Assembly: GCA_965223845.1 (NCBI GenBank) | Contig: CBDCXR010000004.1 | Coordinates: 448,001 to 512,000, forward strand | Reading direction: 5' to 3' | Length of the DNA stretch: 64,000 bases | Origin: Planctomycetota bacterium | GTDB lineage: Bacteria; Planctomycetota; UBA8108; SXIK01 | In this document: positions 1 to 9,651 of the stretch, in pieces | Layout of the letters: the number at the start of each line of letters is the position of its first letter | How positions within the stretch are numbered: the first letter of the stretch is position 1 | Notes under the pieces: generated by a model | Seen by the model: only the letters and a program-made list of their open reading frames with translations | The model's database searches: none | What the model was told of the DNA's origin: nothing | Translations under genes and position numbers: made by a program

Positions 1-2
1 TG

Positions 3-3000
3 CGGACGCTCGTCGTCACCGCCGAGAGAGGGGGCGGAAAGACCCGATGCATCCGGGACGCTTCGCTCTCGGCCGTCGCCCTCGGTGTCCGCTCGATGGA
101 ATGGCCCCTCGCGCTTCGCGCAGCGGAGAATAGAGCTCGCGAACGCGAGTCGGGCTCTGCCGGTAGCGGGGAAGAGCTCGCCGTCGCACCCGGATCGAGG
201 CGCGACGAGCGCCTTCGCCTTCTCGATGCGTTGGAAGAGGTGCTCGCAGAACAGCCGACCGCGCTTCTCGTCGACGACGCCGATCGCTTGACCGGCGACG
301 AGGTCGCGCTTCTCTCGGCCCTCGTTTCGGACCGACAGCGCGCGCGACGGGAGGGGGCTCGGGCGCCACTCGTCTTGGTCGTCACCCAGGAGCTGGAGGG
401 ATCGGCGAGGCCGGAGGTGCTCGGACTCCTCGCGCTTCTGCGGGAGTCTTATTCGACGAGCGAACACCGACTGCGCCCCTGGGGCGAGGTGGAGCTGTCA
501 CTCTACCTCGACGAAGTTCTCCCGCCTCGGCGTGAGCTCGGAGAGTTCGAACGCGCGTTCCGCGAGCGCACGGGTGGCAATCCCGGCCTGGCGCGCGCTC
601 TTCTCCGCGAGGTCGCGCGCCGCGGCGAGCTCGTGCGCCGCACTGGGGCGTGGCGCGTCGCGCTCGAGGCGCTCGCCACGCTCGAGCCACCCGGCGAGCG
701 TCGGCTCTTCGACGAGGCGTGGATCGCGCTCTCGCCGCCCGCGCGCGCCATCGCCACGGCTGCAGTCCTCGCGTTCGATCCGAAGACCTCGCCGAGCGAT
801 GAGGACTGGGCATCGACCTGCGGCCTCGACCGGCCTGGCGTTCGCGCCGCGCGGCGGGAGATCGACGCGAGCGATCTTCTGCGCAGCGGAGGAACGCTCG
901 ACTCCGCGCTCCGGAACCTGGCCTCGGGACGACGCCTTCGGGTTCGCATCGGACGTGCAGCGGGCCCAGTCGAACGAGTTCGTCTCCGTCGTATCGTAGC
1001 GCGGTGGAGTGGGGCATCGCCGCGCGAGCGTCTCTACCAGCGTCTGCGCTTCGAGTCGGTAGACTTCGCTTCGATTCGCACGCTTGCGACGAACGGGGAC
1101 GCGGTCGACCTCAGGCTCTTCAAAGCGCACGCGACGTCGCGCGCGGACGCTGCGGACCGAGCGCGGAGCGCCCGATTCGCCGCCGAGCTCGCGATGCGCC
1201 GCGGTCAATTCGCCGCGGCCGCTGTGTGCGCACGTCTCGCCGTGCTCTCCTCCCCGACAAACGGCCACGACCACGACCGAGTTCGCGATCGGTTGCTCCT
1301 CGCGGAAGCGCTGGCGTTCGCCGGACGCACCGGCGACGCGCGAGCGGCCTTCGAGCTCGCGGCCCGCGGGGCGACGGGAGAGCTGGCCGCTCGAGTTGCC
1401 TACGGCCGCGCGGTTTTCGCGTACCGCATCAACGAGTTTCGCAACGCGGTCGCGTTTTGCGCAGAAGCAGTACGCGGCGACGGAGTCGTTCCCGCCTACC
1501 GCAGTCTCTCGGGGACGCTTGCGCTCGCGTCCGGAGATCGCCGGCGCGCCGCGGACGAATTCCGGCGTGCGTTCGCCCTCGCGACGGATCGCGGCGATTT
1601 ACGGGCGTCGGCCGCGACCGCGGTCAACGCGGCGCGACTCTACCTGCGCGAAGGTCGAAGCGGCGTCGCCGAGCGGCTTCTCGCGCGAGCAACACGAGCT
1701 TTCTCGCGCGCGGGCGAGTTCGCCGAGGCGGCGCGAGCTCGGGGCAATCTCGGCGTCGTCTACCGTCGCCGCGAGAAGATCGACGCGGCGTTCACCGCGC
1801 TCGAGAGCGCCGCGGACGATCACCGCCGGGCGGGCGACGCGGAATCGCTCGCCGCGAGCCTCGCCAGCCTGAGCGCACTCGCGCGCGAAATTGGTCTCGC
1901 CGGAACGGCTTCGCGGTATGCGCAGGCGGCGCGCAGAGCGGCGAGCCGCGCCGGAGCGGCCGCCGAATCGAGACTCGCGCGGAGTCCCGAGTGGGCGATC
2001 CACTCCGCTCTGCTCGCGCTCGATCTCGGGGGAGAAGCCGGCACGTCCGATTCTCCGAGCGGCGAGGCGAGCCGTGCGCGCGAGGGCGCGGACGCGCTCC
2101 TTCTCCGAGTGCGCTCGCGCTCCGTCGACGATCTCGCCGCCGACGAACGGCTCGCGCGACGCGCCGGCGACGAAGCTCTCGATCCCGGGGACGCTGTCTG
2201 GATCCTCGCGGCCCTCGAGCGCGCGCGAGCGAACGAGTGCGCTCGCGCCGGGGACAAGGAGACGGGTTCCGCGGCGCGACTCTCTGCTCTTGCGATTACC
2301 GGCCTCGAACGTCTCGCACGAAAGAGTCGCGTCGCGAGAGTCGGTCTCCTCACCGAGCGCATCGAACGCAGCTCGCCGGGTGAGACGGACCCGAACGACC
2401 GCCGCGATCTCGCCGCGGCGCTCGACGGACTCGCTCATCGCGGAGTCCGCGCCCGAGCCCTCGCCGTGCTGGTGCGGCGATCCGACGAGTCGGAGCGCCG
2501 CACGTTTCTCAAACAACTTCGTTCGCTCGTCGACGAGTGGACGCTCGACGTCTCGGCGTCCGATCGTCCGTCCTTCTTCGGCCGAACCGATATCGCGGAG
2601 ATCGTCAGCATGATCGAACCCACTCAGACTTCCGACTCGATCGAGTCCGATCGCTCCACCGGAGAGGTGCTCCGATTCACGCGCGAGATTCTCGCCACGG
2701 ACGACGTCCGGCGCGTCCTCCGTGAGATCGTCGACGCAGCGAGCGGGCTCACCGGTGCCGAGCTCGGCGCGCTCGTCGTTCGCGGCGGCGGGGGCTTCGA
2801 GATCGCGGCGGCGAGAGAGCACGGCGAGGATATCGAGGAGCCCGAAAGTCGCATCAGCACGACGATCGTCGATCGCACTCTCCGAGACGGTCGTCCGCGG
2901 CTGACGACGGACGCCGCCGAGGACATCACGCTCCGATCGATCACGAGTGTCGAGGAGCTCGGCCTCAGGAGCGTCCTTTGCGTTCCAGTTCGCGCACGCG

Positions 3001-4199
3001 AGGGAGGCGGCGGGGCGGTCCTCTATCTCGACAACTCCGTCGAGCGCGGCGTCTTTACGGCAAGTCAGCTCGCCCTCGTCGAGAGTTTTTGCGTCGTCGG
3101 CGCGCTCGCTTGGCGGTCGGCGGAGGAACGGCGTGAACGTGAGGAACTCGTCGGCGAGCTCACGCGCGTGCGGGCGACGCTCGAGAGCGAGCTCGGTTCC
3201 GCGCGGCGGCAAGTGCGCGAAGCCGATCGACGCGAAGCGGTGGAGTTCGACGGAATCGTCGGTGCGAGCGCGGCGATGCGTCGAGTTCTCCGGTGGATCG
3301 AGACCATCGCGCCTTCCGATCTCCCCGTTCTCATCTCGGGACCGAGCGGAGCGGGGAAGGAACTCGTCGCGCGTGCGGTCTACCGGCATTCGCGGCGGCG
3401 CGACCGGCCGTTCGTGGCCGAGAACTTCGGTGCGATCCCGGCGGGGTTGATCGAGAGCGTTCTCTTCGGCCACCGCCGCGGTGCGTTCTCGGGGGCCGAT
3501 CGCGATCAGCGCGGCCTCTTTGAGCTCGCGTCCGGGGGGACGCTCTTTCTCGACGAAATCGGGGAGCTTCCGCTCGAGCTGCAGTCGAGACTTCTCCGCG
3601 CGCTCGAGGAGGGGGAAGTGCGACCGCTCGGGAGTGAGAGTGCGATCCGCGTCGACGTTCGCATCATCGCAGCCACGAACCGCGACCTGCGCGCGGCCGT
3701 TGCCGACGGGCGTTTTCGCGAGGATCTCTACTTCAGGCTCCAAGGCGCCGAAGTCCGTGTGCCGCCGCTCTCAGAGCGCCGTGAGGATGTCGCTCCGCTG
3801 GTCGCGCATTTTCTCGCGCGGGAGACCGAGTCAGGGGCGCCCGCGCGGCGATTCTCCGCCGAGGCGCTCGAACGCCTCGAGCGCCATCGCTGGCCGGGAA
3901 ACGTCCGCGAGCTCCAGCACGAAGTGCGCCGCGCGTGTCTCCTCGCCGAGAGCCGCGTCATCGGGGTCGACGATTTGTCGGACTCCGTCCGCGAAGGCCG
4001 CGGGCTCGATGGAGGCGCGAGCGAACACGAGTCGGCCGGAGGTTCCGGGGCGTTTCTTTCCCTCAAGGAGATCGAGAAGCGCGCGATCCTCGACGCCCTC
4101 GCGCGGTTCGAAGGGCACCGCGGCAAGGCGGCGGCAGCGCTCGGAGTCGCGCGGTCGACCCTCTACTTGAAGCTGAAGAGCTACGGCGTCGCGGACTAG
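3..4199 (+). CDS. Sigma-54-dependent enhancer-binding protein, multidomain (N-terminal P-loop ATPase, TPR-like helical region, GAF, sigma54 AAA+, Fis HTH); 5'-truncated by window edge
   Basis: Frame is open from nt 3 ([14 protein letters not shown], Walker-A-like; LLVDD Walker-B-like; TGGNP). C-terminal bEBP motifs: [67 protein letters not shown]. Confidence 0.9.
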   Translation, partial: RTLVVTAERGGGKTRCIRDASLSAVALGVRSMEWPLALRAAENRARERESGSAGSGEELAVAPGSRRDERLRLLDALEEVLAEQPTALLVDDADRLTGDEVALLSALVSDRQRARREGARAPLVLVVTQELEGSARPEVLGLLALLRESYSTSEHRLRPWGEVELSLYLDEVLPPRRELGEFERAFRERTGGNPGLARALLREVARRGELVRRTGAWRVALEALATLEPPGERRLFDEAWIALSPPARAIATAAVLAFDPKTSPSDEDWASTCGLDRPGVRAARREIDASDLLRSGGTLDSALRNLASGRRLRVRIGRAAGPVERVRLRRIVARWSGASPRERLYQRLRFESVDFASIRTLATNGDAVDLRLFKAHATSRADAADRARSARFAAELAMRRGQFAAAAVCARLAVLSSPTNGHDHDRVRDRLLLAEALAFAGRTGDARAAFELAARGATGELAARVAYGRAVFAYRINEFRNAVAFCAEAVRGDGVVPAYRSLSGTLALASGDRRRAADEFRRAFALATDRGDLRASAATAVNAARLYLREGRSGVAERLLARATRAFSRAGEFAEAARARGNLGVVYRRREKIDAAFTALESAADDHRRAGDAESLAASLASLSALAREIGLAGTASRYAQAARRAASRAGAAAESRLARSPEWAIHSALLALDLGGEAGTSDSPSGEASRAREGADALLLRVRSRSVDDLAADERLARRAGDEALDPGDAVWILAALERARANECARAGDKETGSAARLSALAITGLERLARKSRVARVGLLTERIERSSPGETDPNDRRDLAAALDGLAHRGVRARALAVLVRRSDESERRTFLKQLRSLVDEWTLDVSASDRPSFFGRTDIAEIVSMIEPTQTSDSIESDRSTGEVLRFTREILATDDVRRVLREIVDAASGLTGAELGALVVRGGGGFEIAAAREHGEDIEEPESRISTTIVDRTLRDGRPRLTTDAAEDITLRSITSVEELGLRSVLCVPVRAREGGGGAVLYLDNSVERGVFTASQLALVESFCVVGALAWRSAEERREREELVGELTRVRATLESELGSARRQVREADRREAVEFDGIVGASAAMRRVLRWIETIAPSDLPVLISGPSGAGKELVARAVYRHSRRRDRPFVAENFGAIPAGLIESVLFGHRRGAFSGADRDQRGLFELASGGTLFLDEIGELPLELQSRLLRALEEGEVRPLGSESAIRVDVRIIAATNRDLRAAVADGRFREDLYFRLQGAEVRVPPLSERREDVAPLVAHFLARETESGAPARRFSAEALERLERHRWPGNVRELQHEVRRACLLAESRVIGVDDLSDSVREGRGLDGGASEHESAGGSGAFLSLKEIEKRAILDALARFEGHRGKAAAALGVARSTLYLKLKSYGVAD

Positions 4200-4431
4200 C
4201 GGAGAGACGCTCGCACTTCGTGCCCGTCTCGTCCGGGGCGTCCGGCTTCGGCTCGGGTCCGAATCTAGTCGGCGAATCCCTCCATCGGATGGCCTCGAGT
4301 TCACGAGCGGCTTTGATAGACTGGCCGCGTTGCGTTTCGCTTCTCGGGTACGAGATCCCCGTTGTCTCACGACGAGATTCACAAGATGCGCACGGAGAAC
4401 GACGCAGAGGGCACCGACTTGAGGCTCGAAC

Positions 4432-6327
4432 TTGACTGAGCGCTCGCTCGCGATTGCGGTTTTCCTCGGCGGAACGCTCACTCTGGGATGCGCCGCCGTC
4501 CCCCGGGCAAACGCCGCCGAGCGACCGTTCGTCATTCGGGTCGTCGACGAGGCGACCGGCCGCGGCGTTCCGCTCGTCGAGCTCTCGACGACGAACGGGA
4601 TTGCGCTCTGGACCGATTCGAACGGCATCGCTGTCTTCGACGAGCCGGGGCTCGTCGGACAGAGTGTCTTCTTCTCGGTACGCTCGCACGGTTACGAGTA
4701 CCCGGAAGACGGTTTCGGCTACCGCGGCAAGGCGCTCCTCGTGAAGCGGGGGGCGAGCGCGACGCTCCGTGTCCGACGCACGCAGATCGCAGAGCGCCTC
4801 TACCGCGTGACGGGCGCGGGCATCTACCGCGACAGCGTGCTCGCTGGGATCTCCGTTCCGATCCGGCGATCGCTCGTCAACGCGCGCGTGGTGGGGCAGG
4901 ACAGCGTCCTCACGGCGATCTACCGCGGAAGAATCCATTGGTTTTGGGGCGACACGAGCCGCGTGCGCTATCCGCTCGGAAACTTCTTTACGACGGGCGC
5001 GACATCTCACTTTCCCGCCCGCGGCGGTCTCGATCCCGCGGTCGGAGTGGATCTCGAGTACTTCGAGAACGACGAAGGCTTCGTCCGCCCGATGGCGAAG
5101 TTCCCCGGTCCGGGGCCGACCTGGTTGAGTGGCCTCGTCGTTCTGGGCGAAGCGCCGAACGAGCGGATGTTCGCTCATTACGAGCGCATTGAATCGGGGG
5201 TGATCCGCGCGTACGAGCGCGGCCTCGTCGAGTTTAGTGGGGACGAAAACGAGTTTTCGATCGTCTCGAAGTTCGAGCACGCGCAGCCGTTTCCGGGCGG
5301 AGCGCACACGCTCGTGTTGGCGCGTGAAGGAGTGCCGTACGTCTATTTCTGCGATCCACTTCCGCTCGTGCGCGTGCGCGCGGACGCGCAGAGTCTCGCG
5401 GAGCAATCGGCGTACGAATCGTATTCACCGCTCGTCGAGGGGGAGCGCGACGCGAAGACGGCGCCGCTCGACCGGAGCGAAGGCGGCGAGCTCCGCTTCG
5501 CGTGGAAGCGCGGCACCGCGCCGCTACTTCCCGCGACGCTTCACGATCGCATCCGGAAAGGGGACCTCCGGGAGGACGAGAGTCCGTACGCGCTGCGCGA
5601 CGTCGAGGCGGGAAAGACCGTAGCCGCGCACCGCGGGACGGTCGAGTGGAACGCGCACCGGCGCCGCTGGGTCTGCGTGTTCGTCGAAGTCGGGGGAACG
5701 TCGTTTCTCGGCGAGGTGTGGTACGCCGAAGCCGACCGCATCCTCGGTCCCTGGGTGTGGGCGCGGAAGATCGCGACTCACGACCGTTACAGCTTTTACA
5801 ACCCGCGGCATCATCCGTTTTTCGACGCCGAGGGCGGCCGGATCATCTACTTCGAGGGAACGTACGCGACTACGTTCTCCGGCAACTCGACGAAGACCCC
5901 CCGCTACGACTACAACCAGATCCTCTACCGGCTCGACCTGGATGATCCGCGACTCAATCTCCCCGTCGCGGTCTACGAAACGACGAGCTCAGACGGCCAA
6001 CTCGCGCTCGGGGATCACTCATCTGAAGCGGCCACAGCCGACGAAGAACGAGCGATCGCGTTTTGGGCGTTCGAACGACCGGGAGCCGACACCGTCCCGA
6101 TCCGTCTTTCGCTAGCGCGCGGTGGTGCGATGGTCTACGGCTACTCGCCCGGCGCGGAGGAGCGACCCTCGGCGACGGTGCCGCTCTGGGAGTTTACGCG
6201 AGCGAGCGACGACGGCCGTCGCTACGCGACCGACGATCGCCGACCCGACGGCGCAACGTGGAAGCGGGGGGGCGAGCCGGTCGGTTACGTGTGGCCGCAT
6301 GCCGGTCGACGCACTGCTCCGCGGTGA
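4432..6327 (+). CDS. Exported hypothetical protein (probable beta-propeller)
   Basis: 631-aa ORF with N-terminal signal peptide/possible lipobox (TLGC), WFWGDT and YNPRHHPFF motifs, beta-rich composition; start uncertain. Confidence 0.6.
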   Translation: MTERSLAIAVFLGGTLTLGCAAVPRANAAERPFVIRVVDEATGRGVPLVELSTTNGIALWTDSNGIAVFDEPGLVGQSVFFSVRSHGYEYPEDGFGYRGKALLVKRGASATLRVRRTQIAERLYRVTGAGIYRDSVLAGISVPIRRSLVNARVVGQDSVLTAIYRGRIHWFWGDTSRVRYPLGNFFTTGATSHFPARGGLDPAVGVDLEYFENDEGFVRPMAKFPGPGPTWLSGLVVLGEAPNERMFAHYERIESGVIRAYERGLVEFSGDENEFSIVSKFEHAQPFPGGAHTLVLAREGVPYVYFCDPLPLVRVRADAQSLAEQSAYESYSPLVEGERDAKTAPLDRSEGGELRFAWKRGTAPLLPATLHDRIRKGDLREDESPYALRDVEAGKTVAAHRGTVEWNAHRRRWVCVFVEVGGTSFLGEVWYAEADRILGPWVWARKIATHDRYSFYNPRHHPFFDAEGGRIIYFEGTYATTFSGNSTKTPRYDYNQILYRLDLDDPRLNLPVAVYETTSSDGQLALGDHSSEAATADEERAIAFWAFERPGADTVPIRLSLARGGAMVYGYSPGAEERPSATVPLWEFTRASDDGRRYATDDRRPDGATWKRGGEPVGYVWPHAGRRTAPR

Positions 6328-6364
6328 CCGCTCCCGAATCGCGACGTCGAGGAACCTGGATTCG

Positions 6365-7984
6365 TCATTCGTCGAGAAGTCGCACCGCCGCGTCGATGAC
6401 TTCGCGGCTGTGCCGATCGAGCGTGTCGGCGTCGAGGTTCAGGAGAGCGTTCAGAGCCTTCTCGTTCCGCTGCCACGCGAGGGCCTTGATCACGACGTGC
6501 TTGATCTCCGCGGGCGCGACGCCCAGGAGCTCTACGAGGTAGTCCGTCGACTCAGGGGTCATGACCTGCGAGAGGGTGTGGATGTTGAGCCGGGCACGAT
6601 GCCACTCACCGGAGCTGCGGTGGCGCTCGAGCTCCGTTCGGTAGGTGTCCAAGTAGCCGGCGCGGATGGCGTCGTCGTCGCCCTGGTAGGAGGCGAGAAG
6701 AATGCCCGCGAGATGTCGATCGAACTCGCCGGCGAGCGCGCCGAGTACCTTCGGGAGATCCTTCTCGCTTTTCAGATAGAGACCGAACCGAAGGAGCCCT
6801 TCGTCGTGATCGAACGCGTCACTGAGGAAGCGCCCGACGAGGAGCTCTTCCTCCGACCAGAGCCGCGAACGCATGAATCGCTGCCCCGCTTCGCTATCGA
6901 GAAGCGCCGCGAGCTCGACGACCTTCGCGTACCCCTCCTCTCCCTGACTGACGAGATCCATCGCGAGGATCCAGAGACCTTCGAGGTCGCCCCTCGCGAA
7001 GAGCCGCGCGGCGAGCGAGTCCGCTTCGGCGACCGTCGTCCGTGGGCGGTCGGACGGTGAAGCCCGCTTCGGCCTAGAATTCATCGCGGCCGCATCGCTC
7101 GCGGCCCGAGCGGCCGCGCTCTTCGCTTTCGCGGAGTCGTTCCTCAGCTCGCGTTCGAGCGCTCTTGCCTTTGCGAGGCTCGCCCTGAGCGCGTCGTTCT
7201 CTCCCCGCAGGGTTTCGATGCGGGAGTCGAGCTCCGACTGGTCCGCGATGGCCGCGTCCGCGCGCTTCGTTTCCGAGTCGAGGGCGAGATAGAGATAACT
7301 CGCGCCGAGAGTGAGGACGGCGACGGCGGCCGAAAGAGCCGCGGTGATCTTTCCGGACATCAAACTGACTCCGAGGACGGTGAGGTTGCTGTTCGAAAGT
7401 GACGATCCGGCCGCGACCGCGGAGCCGGCGCTCACGCCGGCGGCGTTCGCCCGAGCCCCGACGCTCCACGACGCTGCAAGTGCTGCGACCCACACACCGC
7501 GCGCGCCGAAGTCGTGGTCGAGTGCGCAGCGAAGCCGGGCGAGACCGCGCTTTTGACGCGTACGAACCGTTTCCACCGGGACGCCCTCGCGCCGGGCGAT
7601 CTCGCGCGGCGGAAGGTTTTCGTAGAATCGATGGAGGATCACTTCGCGGTACGGCGACTCGAGCGCAAAGACGGCGTCGGCGATCCGCCGAGCGAGGGCT
7701 TCCTTCTCGGCGATCTCCGTGACGGACGGGAGTCCTTCGCGGCGCGCGGCCAGCCACTCGCGTTCGCGGCGGCGCGTTTCCCGGCGGTGGCGTGAGATCG
7801 CGGCGTTGCGCAGCACTCGCGCGAGCCAGGCGCGACTCGTGTCGGGATGCTCGGGCGGCCGGCGAACCGCGCTCAGGTACGCCTCTTGAACGAGGTCGTC
7901 CGCGTCAGCGTCGCGCCCGACGAGCGCGGATGCGAGCGAACGGAGAAAGCTGCCGTGAGAGAGAAGAGCTTCGGCGTCGTTCAT
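6365..7984 (-). CDS. ECF sigma-70 factor with C-terminal membrane/coiled-coil/HEAT-like extension
   Basis: Region 2 (ADDLVQEAY, AWLARVLRN), region 4 (REIARREGVPVETVRTRQKRGLARLR), then Ala-rich linker, TM helix, coiled coil and HEAT-like end; start set at ATG 7984 (MNDAEALL). Confidence 0.85.
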   Translation of the reverse strand: MNDAEALLSHGSFLRSLASALVGRDADADDLVQEAYLSAVRRPPEHPDTSRAWLARVLRNAAISRHRRETRRREREWLAARREGLPSVTEIAEKEALARRIADAVFALESPYREVILHRFYENLPPREIARREGVPVETVRTRQKRGLARLRCALDHDFGARGVWVAALAASWSVGARANAAGVSAGSAVAAGSSLSNSNLTVLGVSLMSGKITAALSAAVAVLTLGASYLYLALDSETKRADAAIADQSELDSRIETLRGENDALRASLAKARALERELRNDSAKAKSAAARAASDAAAMNSRPKRASPSDRPRTTVAEADSLAARLFARGDLEGLWILAMDLVSQGEEGYAKVVELAALLDSEAGQRFMRSRLWSEEELLVGRFLSDAFDHDEGLLRFGLYLKSEKDLPKVLGALAGEFDRHLAGILLASYQGDDDAIRAGYLDTYRTELERHRSSGEWHRARLNIHTLSQVMTPESTDYLVELLGVAPAEIKHVVIKALAWQRNEKALNALLNLDADTLDRHSREVIDAAVRLLDE

Positions 7985-8275
7985 GGCATCGAGATTCTGA
8001 GCGACGGGGCGGTATGCGCGATGGGGATCGTCCGTTTCGTATCGCCATCTTGTGCCGTCGTCTAACCGGTGCACGCCGCCGCTCGGAAAGTCGGTTCAAG
8101 AAACTGGGGATTTCGTCCGTGTCCACTCGGCGCCCGCGACGATCCCCGCGGAAGTCGCCCCGAGGTCGGGTGAGATGTCCGGGAACATCGGGTATGGATG
8201 GTGGACTCGAGAATCGTCCCGAGGAGACGCGCGAAAGCGCGGAAGCGAACGTCGAGCGGTGAAGGGAAGAGACGC

Positions 8276-9376
8276 ATGAACGAACGATGGCGGGCTCCGC
8301 GTAAGCGGTTCGTCGTGGTCGGGTGGGCTACCGTATGGACCCTCGCCGCTTGCTCAGGGGGGGGCGCGCCGCGGCAGCGCGGTGGGGACGCAGCGACCTG
8401 GCGGCGCATCGAGAGCACCCGCGGACACGCGTGGGACGTCGCGTTCGCGCCGGGAGCGCGTCAGTGGGCCGCGGGCGGATCGGAGAAGCTCTTCGTTCGC
8501 AACGATCCCGATCGCGGCGGCTCGGCGCGGGCGTCGAGCGCTGCATCGAGCGCGCGGGCGAACGGTACCATCGAGTGGGCGCTCGAGGACGTCACGGGTG
8601 TCTCGTACAGTCCGGACGGGAGTCTGCTTCTCGCCTCGCGAAAAACGCGCGGTCTCGCGGTGTACGACCTCGATTCGCGCTCGCGCCTCGCGATTCCTCC
8701 GTCACTCGCTGAGCGGGATCGCGCCGGCGCCGTGTTTCTCCCGGGACGGCCCCAAGCGACGCCGCAGATTCTCCTACGCGGCGCGGATTCGACCGCGCTC
8801 GAGATCTGGAGTGTCGCGACTTGGCGCCGCGTACGCGCTTGGACCGCGCACGCGCGCGGAGTCGAAGAATTCGCAGCGAGTCCCGACGGTCGCTCGATCG
8901 TCTCGACGGACGGCTCGACGGCTCCCGTACGCGTTTGGGATTCCGAGACGGGAGTCATCGTCTGCGAGCTCGCGATTCCGGACGGCATCGACGACTCCGT
9001 CGAAGCACTCGCCGCCGGACCGAGCGGGCGCATCGCGGCCGGCGCGGGAGATCGGATCCTGCTTTGGGAACTCGACGGCGCGATGCGGCACGACCCCGTG
9101 CCGCGAGTTCTTCGCCATCACCGCGGCCGCGTGGCTCAGCTCGCGTACAGCGCGGACGGCGCGCTCCTCGCATCGGCGAGCGCGGGCCGTGTCGTCGGTA
9201 GCGATCTCGAAGCGCGCGACGTCAAGCTCTGGTGCGCGAGTTCGGGCGACCTCGTCCGAACGCTTCCCTGGGAAGGCGGAATGGTTTGGGCGGTCGCCTT
9301 CGACCCGGCGCGCGATCGCCTCGCCGTGGGAGGTGAGGGCGGAGTCGACGTCTGGGAATCGGACGAGAGCTCCTAG
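8276..9376 (+). CDS. WD40-repeat lipoprotein
   Basis: Lipobox LAAC; repeats such as VSYSPDG, AHARGV...SPDG...VRVWD, HRGRVAQLAYSADG...VKLW, VAFDP...VDVWE. Confidence 0.8.
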   Translation: MNERWRAPRKRFVVVGWATVWTLAACSGGGAPRQRGGDAATWRRIESTRGHAWDVAFAPGARQWAAGGSEKLFVRNDPDRGGSARASSAASSARANGTIEWALEDVTGVSYSPDGSLLLASRKTRGLAVYDLDSRSRLAIPPSLAERDRAGAVFLPGRPQATPQILLRGADSTALEIWSVATWRRVRAWTAHARGVEEFAASPDGRSIVSTDGSTAPVRVWDSETGVIVCELAIPDGIDDSVEALAAGPSGRIAAGAGDRILLWELDGAMRHDPVPRVLRHHRGRVAQLAYSADGALLASASAGRVVGSDLEARDVKLWCASSGDLVRTLPWEGGMVWAVAFDPARDRLAVGGEGGVDVWESDESS

Positions 9377-9407
9377 ATCCTCGCCCGCAGAGTCGACTCG
9401 CACTCGG

Positions 9408-9436
9408 TTGCCCCTCCTCGGGGCCGGCGTTAGAAT
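9408..9436 (+). promoter_or_regulatory. Sigma-70 promoter for SRP RNA
   Basis: TTGCCC-17 nt-TAGAAT, ~50 nt upstream of the SRP helix. Confidence 0.55.
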
Positions 9437-9488
9437 GCCGCTCGATCCTGCGACAATGAAGGGCGGCGTACTGCGCCGCCGACGGAAT

Positions 9489-9572
9489 GGAGCAGAGCAA
9501 TAGGGTTGCCGGGCACCGGGTCAGGTCTTAACGGAAGCAGCCCACTCGGATCTTCTCTATGTGGTCTGCTCC
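9489..9572 (+). ncRNA. ffs: Signal recognition particle RNA (small bacterial 4.5S type)
   Basis: Domain IV motif GGUCAGGUC-UUAAC-GGAAGCAGCC; terminal stem GGAGCAGA/TCTGCTCC followed by T7; conserved position upstream of dnaX. Confidence 0.9.
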
Positions 9573-9651
9573 TTTTTTTCTCTGCGCCTCCGCAGTGAAC
9601 TCCGATCGAACGTCACGCGATGCCACCGGAAGCGGGACGCGGAGGTGAGCG

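Noticed and set aside
1599-3743. Long antisense ORFs (also 26886-28799, 55274-57976, 62765-63757 and others)
   Set aside because: Mirror frames of real genes, expected at high GC; no family motifs.
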